Assembly: GCA_002327965.1 (NCBI GenBank)
Contig: DCVB01000095.1
Span: 16,659-80,658 of the forward strand
DNA from: Candidatus Aminicenantes bacterium UBA2199
GTDB lineage: Bacteria > Acidobacteriota > Aminicenantia > UBA2199
DNA length: 64,000 bases
Direction: 5' to 3'
Below are positions 18,239-25,243 of the stretch, one piece after another. A program made the translations under genes and the position numbers. Within the stretch, counting starts at the first letter, position 1; every line of letters starts with the position of its first letter. The notes beneath the pieces were generated by a model. That model was not told where the DNA came from, searched no databases, and saw nothing but the letters and a program-made list of their open reading frames with translations.

Positions 18239-18243
18239 GATCG

Positions 18244-19104
18244 TCAGGGTCTCTTCGCTTGATGCACGACCCTTTGCGGGAAAGGGATCTCGATCCCCTC
18301 GAGGGCGAAGGCGGCGAGGATGCGTCGGCGCACTTCACCGGCCACGTCCCACTGCTTCAGCGGCTGCGTGTCGCCGATGACCTTGATGACCACCGCCGAG
18401 TCGGCGAGATCCTGGACGCGCACGAACCGCGGCGCCGTGATGATCAGCGCTCGCCAGGCCGGGTCCTCGGCCAGTTCGCGGCCGACGCGATCCACCGTCG
18501 CGGCGACCCGCTCAATGTCCGAGCCGTAGGCCACGCCGATATCCAGGTTCACCCGGGAAAAGCTCTTGGAGAGATTGGACACGGCCTTGATCTCCCCGTG
18601 CGGAACGTAGTGCACCGTGCCGTCCAGGTCGCGCAGGACGGTCCGCCGCAGGCTGATGTCCTCCACCAGGCCGGCCGTGCCGCCGAATTTGACCACGTCG
18701 CCGATGCGGTACTGGTTTTCCAGGATGATGAACAGCCCGGAGATGACGTCGCGGATGAGGTACTGGCCGCCGAAACCGAAGGCCAGGCCGACGATGCCGG
18801 CGCCGGCCAGCATGGGCCCGATCATCAGTCCCAGCTCCTGGAGCAGCATCAGCACGGCCAGGGTGAGGATGACGACGCGCAGGGTGAGGGCGAAGATATG
18901 GATCAGCGTGTCCTTGCGCCTCTTCTCGGCCTCGGGCGAGGAGAAATCCTCGCTGCGCACGGCCAGGCGCACCGTCTTCTCGATGAGTTTGCGCGATATC
19001 TTGTTCAGCAGCCAGGCACCCACAATGATGAGCACGATGCGCGGACCGTGCACCAGCAGCCAGGGCACGATCGACTCAGCCCATTGAACGAACGATTCTT
19101 TCAT
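18244..19104 (-). CDS. Small-conductance mechanosensitive channel (MscS family)
   Basis: GGGAGAAAG SD upstream of ATG 19104 (MKESFVQWAE). Three TM helices, then the MscS beta-domain (YRIGDVVKFGGTAGLVEDISLRRTVLRDLDGTVHYVPHG). Confidence 0.85.
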   Translation of the reverse strand: MKESFVQWAESIVPWLLVHGPRIVLIIVGAWLLNKISRKLIEKTVRLAVRSEDFSSPEAEKRRKDTLIHIFALTLRVVILTLAVLMLLQELGLMIGPMLAGAGIVGLAFGFGGQYLIRDVISGLFIILENQYRIGDVVKFGGTAGLVEDISLRRTVLRDLDGTVHYVPHGEIKAVSNLSKSFSRVNLDIGVAYGSDIERVAATVDRVGRELAEDPAWRALIITAPRFVRVQDLADSAVVIKVIGDTQPLKQWDVAGEVRRRILAAFALEGIEIPFPQRVVHQAKRP

Positions 19105-19187
19105 GGTGATCTTTCTCCCGGCCAAGGATAAAGGAATTCCCCCGGCGATGCAATCCCGTCTCCATAAAAATCGCCTTTGTTTCCGGG

Positions 19188-19216
19188 TTGCCATGACCGG
19201 GAAAATTCCCTATAAT
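19188..19216 (+). promoter_or_regulatory. Promoter of kamA
   Basis: TTGCCA-17 nt-TATAAT, 37 nt upstream of ATG 19253, which has a GGAGGA SD. Confidence 0.55.
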
Positions 19217-19252
19217 CGGATCAGGACCGTTGGTGACCCGCTGGAGGACATC

Positions 19253-20785
19253 ATGAAGAAAACCAGAAGCATCCTGTTCGAACCGAGGAAATTCAATCAT
19301 ATCCGCCTGTGGCGCGGGGTGGACGAGATGCAGTGGAACGACCCGCGCTGGCAGCTGCAGAATTCGATCCGCAGCGTCGACCAGCTCAAGAAGGTCATTC
19401 ACCTGAGCGCTTTCCAGGAACGGGAGATCGCCCGCACCGTGGACACGCTGCGCTCCCAGGGCAAGCAGCCCCTGCGCATCACCCCCTATTACGCGTCGCT
19501 CATGCAGGAAGACCCCTTCCACCCCGAGATGCTTCCCGGGGAAAAGGCGCACAAGCGGCTCGATCCCGTCTTCTGGCAGAGCGTGCCCACGCCGGCCAAC
19601 CTGCTCTTTCCCGACACGGGCGTGGAGGGGGCCATGAGCGAGAGCTCGCGCAGCTTCGGCTCGGTCTACCAGCGCTACCCCAACCGCGTGGCCCTCTTCG
19701 TGGCCCAGAACACCAGCTGCGCCTCCTACTGCGTGCATTGCCAGCGGGCCAAGTCCCTGGACGACACGGTGGAGGTCAACCGCAGCGAGATCGACCGCGG
19801 GCTTTTCTACATCGGCTCCAATCGCAACATCAGCGAGGTGCTGGTCACCGGCGGCGACGCCCTGATGATCAGCCGTCCGCGTCTGCAGTACGTGCTGGAG
19901 GAATTGAGCCGCATCGAGCACCTGCGCGTCATCCGCATCGCCACCCGCGTCCCGGTGGTCCTGCCCATGGCCGTGACCGACGACCTGCTGGAACTGATCA
20001 AGGCTTCGGCCAACCGCCACTCCGGGTGCATCGAGAAGTACGTTTATTTCATGACCCACATCAACCACTACCATGAGATCACCGCCGACCTGGCCGTGGC
20101 CGTCCGCCGCATCCGCGCGCACGGCTTCACCGTGCGCAACCAGACCGTGCTGCTGAACCACGTCAACGATTACTACCGCACGCTGGCCGAGACCTTCCGC
20201 CGCATGTTCTGGATCGGCGTCCACCCCTACTATCTGCTGCAGTGCCACAAGGAGAAAGGCATCGTTCACTTCATCACCCCGATCCAGGTCGGCAAGCTGT
20301 ACATGAAGCACCTGCAGGGCTGGATGGCGGGCATCACCGTGCCCAAGTACGCCGCCAACGTGGAAGGCGGCGGCGGCAAGATCCTGCTGATGCCCAGCGG
20401 CCACGACACCCTGAACCTGGACGCGCCCATCGATTCCAAGATCTCGGAGAGCTGGGCCACGGTGACCACCTGGGACGGCCGCGAGCTCTGTCGCTACGAG
20501 GCGCTGGGACGGGCCACGCGCGGCGAATTCGCCGAGGCCGTGGAGATCATGGACGCCTTCATCGGCCGCCCGGAGATCTTCCTGCCCCGGGTGATCATCG
20601 TCGACGGCGACGGCCGGCACCTGGAAACGACCCACCGCACCAAGCTGCCGGGGCTGGAGAAGGTGAAGAAGGCGAGGCTGCTCGACTACGAGGTCCAGGC
20701 CGACGGCATGCCGCTGACCAATCCCGCCGACATCGCCGGCGAGCTGGAAAGAAAATTCCAACGCTCGAAGTTCGCCAAGTCATGA
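19253..20785 (+). CDS. kamA: Lysine 2,3-aminomutase family radical SAM enzyme (KamA) with ~100 aa C-terminal extension
   Basis: GGAGGA SD upstream of ATG 19253. KamA N-terminal WNDPRWQLQNSI, radical SAM CASYCVHCQR, and GGGK PLP lysine region. Confidence 0.85.
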   Translation: MKKTRSILFEPRKFNHIRLWRGVDEMQWNDPRWQLQNSIRSVDQLKKVIHLSAFQEREIARTVDTLRSQGKQPLRITPYYASLMQEDPFHPEMLPGEKAHKRLDPVFWQSVPTPANLLFPDTGVEGAMSESSRSFGSVYQRYPNRVALFVAQNTSCASYCVHCQRAKSLDDTVEVNRSEIDRGLFYIGSNRNISEVLVTGGDALMISRPRLQYVLEELSRIEHLRVIRIATRVPVVLPMAVTDDLLELIKASANRHSGCIEKYVYFMTHINHYHEITADLAVAVRRIRAHGFTVRNQTVLLNHVNDYYRTLAETFRRMFWIGVHPYYLLQCHKEKGIVHFITPIQVGKLYMKHLQGWMAGITVPKYAANVEGGGGKILLMPSGHDTLNLDAPIDSKISESWATVTTWDGRELCRYEALGRATRGEFAEAVEIMDAFIGRPEIFLPRVIIVDGDGRHLETTHRTKLPGLEKVKKARLLDYEVQADGMPLTNPADIAGELERKFQRSKFAKS

Positions 20786-20846
20786 GCGTGTCCCCGCCGC
20801 CGCCGTCTCTTTTCTTCCGGCAGGCGATGGGCTACAATCTATCACG

Positions 20847-22973
20847 GTGAATTCCCGGAGGTGCGTGATCGAGCGGATCAAGGTTCTTCTCGGATCGCTT
20901 CGGAATTTTCTGGACAAGGCCCGGGCCAGGATCCGGCCGGCGCTTGCCGCCGCGGGAGAGCGCTTGGCGGTACCGCGGCGCTTCCCGGCCCCCCGACGTC
21001 CGTGCACGGCCCTGCGGCATGCCGGCCTGATCGCGCTGGGCATCGTCGCTGCCTCGGCCCTGGCGTTCTTCGCTTTCCGCAACCTCGTCCTGCGCAACGT
21101 CCTCGACAACAGGATCCGCCACTTCACCCTGGGCCATCCTGCAATGACCGTCAAGATCGGCGGGGCACGATTCCGCGGCCTGGCCGGGATCGAGCTGCAG
21201 GAGATCCGGCTGCGGGCAAGCGACGGCTCGCTGGCGGTTTCCCTGGACCGGGCGCTGGTCGCCATGGCTCCCGGCAAAATGCTGCTGGGCAAGGTTCTCC
21301 CCCGGCGGCTGGCGCTGGACGGCCTGCAGGTCGACCTGCGGCCGGGGAATGCCCTGCCGTTGCCGGCGGCAGCCGCCGCGCCGGAAAAGTCCCAGGCGCG
21401 GGCGATGAAAGATCCGCCGGTTGCTGCCGGCCCGGCGCCGGACTTCGGGGCCCGGGTCGATCGCCTGCTGAACCTGTATTACCGCCTGATCCCCGACAGC
21501 GTACAGATCGACCGTTTCACCCTGCACAGCGTGATCGACGGCGTCCACCAGGCCCTTTATATCCCGAGGCTGGAATACCATGGGCCGGAGTTCGCAACCA
21601 CGGTCGAGGTGTTCGATCAGGGCCGTAAGTGGGCCTGCCGGGTTTCCGGCCTCGTCGAGCGCGAGCGGAAGCGGCTGGAGCTGCGCCTGCGCCCGGAACG
21701 TTCCACCCCCCTGCCATTCATGGAAAGGCAGTGGGGGCTTCGACTCGGCTTTGAATCGGCGAAGATGGTGCTGGCCAGCCGCGGCCGTTCCCGCGGCACA
21801 CTCACGCTCGAGGGTTCTCTGGCCTTGGGCGGCCTGGAGCTCAACCACCGGCGCGTGGCCGCCGACAACGTCATGGTGCCGATCGCCGTCCTCGACTATC
21901 GACTGGAGATCGGCCGCGACCATATTGAGCTGGGTGGGCCAACCCTGGCCCGGCTGCACAGGCTGCGTTTCCAGCCCCTCCTGCGCTTCGAGGCCCGGCC
22001 CGAGCGGCGCCTGCGCCTGCGCGTTCCCGAGACGCGCTTCGCCGCCGCCGACCTGTTCGCCTCGCTGCCGGCGGGCCTGTTCACCCGTTTGGCCGGCCTG
22101 CGCGCCGGCGGCGAGCTGGCCTTCCATCTCGACTTCGCCATCGACCTGTCGCGCCCCGAGGAGCTCGAGCTCGACGTCGACTTGAAAAAACACGGCTTCC
22201 GCATCCGCCGCTTCGGCAATGCCGATTTCCGCCACTTCGCCGACCCTTTCCAATATACGGTTTACGAGGGGGACCGGCCGCTGCGCTCCTTCGTGGTCGG
22301 CCCCGAGAACCCCGATTTCGTTCCCCTCAGCGACATCCCCGACTTCCTGAAGCACTCGGTGCTGATCTCCGAGGACGGCGCCTTCTTCAGCCACAGCGGT
22401 TTCCTGCTCGAGCCCTTCAAGGACTCGATCGCCGCCAACCTCAAGGCCGGGCGCTTCGTGCGCGGTGCCAGCACCATCTCCATGCAGCTGGTCAAGAACC
22501 TCTACCTGCGCCGGCACAAGACCATCGCCCGCAAGCTGGAGGAGCTGCTCATCACCTGGCTCATCGAGGCCAACCGCCTGGTCTCCAAGGAGCGCATGCT
22601 GGAAACCTACCTGAACATCATCGAGTGGGGGCCGGACGTCTATGGCGCCCGCGAGGCGGCCCGCTTTTATTTCGCCAGGGAGCCGGCGGCGCTGACCCTG
22701 GCCGAGGCCATATTCATGGCGGCGATCATCCCGCGCCCCAAGCGTTTCGCCGGCTTCTTCGGCGACGATCAAAAGTTGCGCCCCTGGCTGCAGGGCTATT
22801 ACATTGACGTTTCGCGCAAGATGCTGGCCCGCGGCTGGATCAGCCAGTTCGACTACGACATGCTGCTGCCCGAGGTCACGCTCACCGGCCCGGCGCGCTT
22901 GCTGCTGAAGGGCGCCGAAGCGGTCGAAGACGAACTGGTTCCGCCCACGCTGGATGAAAATGACCTGACGTGA
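20847..22973 (+). CDS. Peptidoglycan glycosyltransferase (GT51) with ~480 aa N-terminal membrane-anchored extension
   Basis: The C-terminal 220 aa carry GT51 motifs (ISEDGAFFSHSGF, GASTISMQLVKNLYL, RKLEELLITWLIE, ILETYLNIIEWG, GAREAARFYF). N-terminal TM segment followed by an AsmA-like repetitive beta-rich region. GTG start as given by the track. Confidence 0.75.
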   Translation: MNSRRCVIERIKVLLGSLRNFLDKARARIRPALAAAGERLAVPRRFPAPRRPCTALRHAGLIALGIVAASALAFFAFRNLVLRNVLDNRIRHFTLGHPAMTVKIGGARFRGLAGIELQEIRLRASDGSLAVSLDRALVAMAPGKMLLGKVLPRRLALDGLQVDLRPGNALPLPAAAAAPEKSQARAMKDPPVAAGPAPDFGARVDRLLNLYYRLIPDSVQIDRFTLHSVIDGVHQALYIPRLEYHGPEFATTVEVFDQGRKWACRVSGLVERERKRLELRLRPERSTPLPFMERQWGLRLGFESAKMVLASRGRSRGTLTLEGSLALGGLELNHRRVAADNVMVPIAVLDYRLEIGRDHIELGGPTLARLHRLRFQPLLRFEARPERRLRLRVPETRFAAADLFASLPAGLFTRLAGLRAGGELAFHLDFAIDLSRPEELELDVDLKKHGFRIRRFGNADFRHFADPFQYTVYEGDRPLRSFVVGPENPDFVPLSDIPDFLKHSVLISEDGAFFSHSGFLLEPFKDSIAANLKAGRFVRGASTISMQLVKNLYLRRHKTIARKLEELLITWLIEANRLVSKERMLETYLNIIEWGPDVYGAREAARFYFAREPAALTLAEAIFMAAIIPRPKRFAGFFGDDQKLRPWLQGYYIDVSRKMLARGWISQFDYDMLLPEVTLTGPARLLLKGAEAVEDELVPPTLDENDLT

Positions 22974-23103
22974 CGCATGACAAGTAGGCGAGAGGCTAGG
23001 GGCAAGGGGTGAGAGGGAAGAAGAAATGGCAATCGGTGTAAGGCGTAAGGTTTAAGGTAGCCCTCTTTTCTTCCCGTAAACCGTGAACCGTATACCGTAA
23101 ACC
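22964..23103 (+). repeat. Composite ~135-bp element, copy 1 (orientation opposite to copies 2-4)
   Basis: GTGACG-type units (overlapping the GT51 stop codon) - aagtaggcgagagg... - gggaagaagaaatggcaatcg - gtaaggc gtaaggt ttaaggt - tagccctcttttcttcc - cgtaaac x4. Near-identical to the reverse complement of 27010-27150. Confidence 0.9.
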
Positions 23104-23130
23104 AATTTCACTCAATGCCACTTAAGTTCA

Positions 23131-23316
23131 ATCTGATCTCCGGCTACCACTATCACTACCACTACCACTTATAACCCATTGAGTCTCTTGCTGACACTGA
23201 CACTGTCACTGACACTGAATTTCGCTCTGATCTCCTGCTACCACTATCACTAACACTAACACTTTTGCTCATAGAGCCTCTTGCTGACACTGACACTGTC
23301 ACTGACACTCAATATC
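23131..23316 (+). repeat. Tandem duplication of a ~94-bp unit (TACCAC/TATCAC hexamers + CTGACA hexamers)
   Basis: Unit 1 is 23131-23222 and unit 2 is 23225-23316. They align with few substitutions except a ~9-nt patch. A third, inverted, truncated copy lies at 26885-26950. Confidence 0.9.
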
Positions 23317-23325
23317 TGCTATAAC
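23317..23325 (+). promoter_or_regulatory. Extended -10-like element; possible leaderless start of panE
   Basis: TGcTATAAC ends 6 nt before ATG 23332. No SD. The upstream CTGACA/CTGTCA hexamer array supplies -35-like hexamers. Confidence 0.4.
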
Positions 23326-23331
23326 ACCTGC

Positions 23332-24240
23332 ATGGAGAATGCAACGGACAAGCGCAAGGTCGTGATCCTGGGTGGCGGGGCAATCGGTTCGGTCATCGCC
23401 GCCGCCCTGGCGCAAAAAGCGGAACTGGCGCCGGTTCTGATCGGCCGCCGCGACCACGTGCGGGCGATCCGCGACAACGGGCTGCAGGTCGAGGGCATGT
23501 TCGACGCTCCGGTCCGGCTCCAAGCCGGCGAAGCGGTTGACTTCCCCCTCGACGACACGCTGCTCGTGGTCACGGTCAAGGCCGGCGGCCTGCAGGCCTC
23601 GCTCCGCGCGCTGGCCCCCTGGCTGCGGCCGACGACCGCCGTTCTCCTGCTGCAGAACGGCCTGGGCATCAGGGAACTTGCCCTGGCGGCGCTGCGCGGC
23701 ACTCCGGCCCGCCAGGAGAACGTCTCAATCGGCATCGTGGCCATGGGCGCGACGCTCATCGGTCCCGGTCACGTGCGCTGCTTCAGCGGCAATGTCCGCG
23801 TCGAGCCGGCGTTCGCCGCGACACCGTTTTTCGCCATGCTGCAGGGCCTGGCGATCCAGGTCGTGGCCAGCAGGGACATCCAAAGGGACCTGTGGACCAA
23901 GCTGCTGGTCAACGCCGTGATCAACCCCCTGTCGGTGCTGCTGCAGGGGCACAACCGCCTGGTCGCCGAGGAGCGCTTCGACGCGCTCAAGGGGCCGATC
24001 CTGGCCGAGGGGCGCGCCGTGGCCGCCGCCGAGGGAGTGGAGATCGGCGTCGACGCCGCCTTCGTCAACCGCTTCGTCACCTCCGACAACATCACCTCCA
24101 TGCTGCAGGACTTCCGCCGCGGCCGGCCCACCGAGATCGACTTCATCAACGGCGCCATCGCGGAACTGGGCAGACGGCACGGCATCCCCACACCGGTCAA
24201 CGGCTACGTGACGGCATTGATCCATGCTTTGGAAGTATAA
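23332..24240 (+). CDS. panE: 2-dehydropantoate 2-reductase (ketopantoate reductase, ApbA/PanE family)
   Basis: ATG 23332 gives MENATDKRKVVILGGGAIGS (Rossmann GxGxxG) and a C-terminal ApbA_C domain (TSMLQDFRRGRPTEIDFINGAI). The upstream track codons read through a hexamer repeat. Confidence 0.85.
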   Translation: MENATDKRKVVILGGGAIGSVIAAALAQKAELAPVLIGRRDHVRAIRDNGLQVEGMFDAPVRLQAGEAVDFPLDDTLLVVTVKAGGLQASLRALAPWLRPTTAVLLLQNGLGIRELALAALRGTPARQENVSIGIVAMGATLIGPGHVRCFSGNVRVEPAFAATPFFAMLQGLAIQVVASRDIQRDLWTKLLVNAVINPLSVLLQGHNRLVAEERFDALKGPILAEGRAVAAAEGVEIGVDAAFVNRFVTSDNITSMLQDFRRGRPTEIDFINGAIAELGRRHGIPTPVNGYVTALIHALEV

Positions 24241-24253
24241 AAAACCTGATCTC

Positions 24254-24468
24254 GGTTGACGGTGTACGGTTTACGGTTTACGGGAAGAAAAGAGGACTAC
24301 CTTAAACCTTACGCCTTACACCGATTGCCATTTCTTCTTCCCTCTCACCCCTCGCCTACTCGTCACGCGTCACGAAGCTCGATGTCTTGTTCCTTCGCAT
24401 AACGCCTGACGCATGAAGACGGATCCTTTCTTTGCCGCCGCCGTACACCGTAAACCGTCCACCGTAAA
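24254..24468 (-). repeat. Composite element copy 2 plus GCATAAC-type array, bounded by inverted GGTTTAC / CCGTAAA arrays
   Basis: ggttgac ggtgtac ggtttac ggtttac (24254-24281) ... accttaa accttac gccttac ... tcgtcac gcgtcac (to 24374) ... gcataac gcctgac gcatgaa ... ccgtaca ccgtaaa ccgtcca ccgtaaa (24441-24468). Confidence 0.9.
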
Positions 24469-24474
24469 CGGTGA

Positions 24475-25131
24475 TCAATGGCCTCTTTCGGCGCGATAGG
24501 CTTTTTCCAGCAAATGCCGGATCAAAGGCCACAAGGCCGCGGGCAGGCCGAGGCCGATGAACAGCGGGTGCAGCGTGGGCAGGTCGAAGGCGAAGACGGG
24601 CCGGGTACCGAAAACGAAGGGGTGGAACTGCCAGAACTCGAGCCAGAAGACCGCCTGCACGATGAGGCAGAGGGCGCAGCCCTTGCCCACCTTGAAAACC
24701 TGGTAGGCCACCGAGAAGATCGTATAGGGCAGCGTCAGCAGGTTGAGCAGGCCCAGGTAGAGCGCCTGGTGGTAGAAGCCGGGGCTGAAGGCGGAAATGA
24801 GCAGAACCAGCAGCGTGCCGGCGAAGTAGAGCACCCCCAGGTCGGCCGTGTGGACGAGGCCGAGCACCGTTCCCGCCGGCGAGTCGATGACCCGCTTGCA
24901 GTCGAAGATGGGATTTCTCGGGCAGAAGCGCTTGAACACCGGTGCGTCCATGGTGCCCAGCACCAGCACGAAGGAGGCGAGCAGGCCGGCGACCTTCAGC
25001 AGCAGGATCAGGGCGCAGAGCTGCTCGTTGCCGCCGTGAAGGTAGAGGCGGACGAAGAAATAGCCCAGCAGCAGCATCAGGCCGGCGAAAGAAACGATGA
25101 GCGCGACGAAAGGCTTTCGCTGAACAGGCAT
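24475..25131 (-). CDS. Vitamin K epoxide reductase (VKOR) family membrane protein
   Basis: Polytopic membrane protein. Loop cysteine pair FCPRNPIFDC and in-membrane CxxC (GCALCL). Confidence 0.7.
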   Translation of the reverse strand: MPVQRKPFVALIVSFAGLMLLLGYFFVRLYLHGGNEQLCALILLLKVAGLLASFVLVLGTMDAPVFKRFCPRNPIFDCKRVIDSPAGTVLGLVHTADLGVLYFAGTLLVLLISAFSPGFYHQALYLGLLNLLTLPYTIFSVAYQVFKVGKGCALCLIVQAVFWLEFWQFHPFVFGTRPVFAFDLPTLHPLFIGLGLPAALWPLIRHLLEKAYRAERGH

Positions 25132-25150
25132 GATTTATTATAACACAGAG

Positions 25151-25178
25151 TTCGATGTTCGACGTTCGACGTTCGATG
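25151..25178. repeat. Heptamer array TTCGAYG x4
   Basis: ttcgatg ttcgacg ttcgacg ttcgatg, 17 nt upstream of the -35 box of the 25195 promoter. Same family as 16533-16560. Confidence 0.9.
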
Positions 25179-25194
25179 TTGAAGAAAACGGTCG

Positions 25195-25223
25195 TTGACA
25201 TTTTCTATCCCTGCTCTTAGAAT
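25195..25223 (+). promoter_or_regulatory. Promoter of the propeller-transglutaminase gene
   Basis: TTGACA-17 nt-TAGAAT. An SD (CAGGAGG) and ATG 25244 follow. Confidence 0.55.
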
Positions 25224-25243
25224 TAGTTTTCAGGAGGTCGTAC

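Noticed and set aside
24254-24468. Classical MITE interpretation (terminal inverted repeats GGTTTAC x4 / CCGTAAA x4 flanking 215 bp).
   Set aside because: Only this copy has the inverted terminal arrays. In copy 3 the corresponding downstream array is in direct orientation, and copies 1 and 4 lack a partner. I could see no target-site duplication. It is retained only as one possibility within the broader repeat finding.
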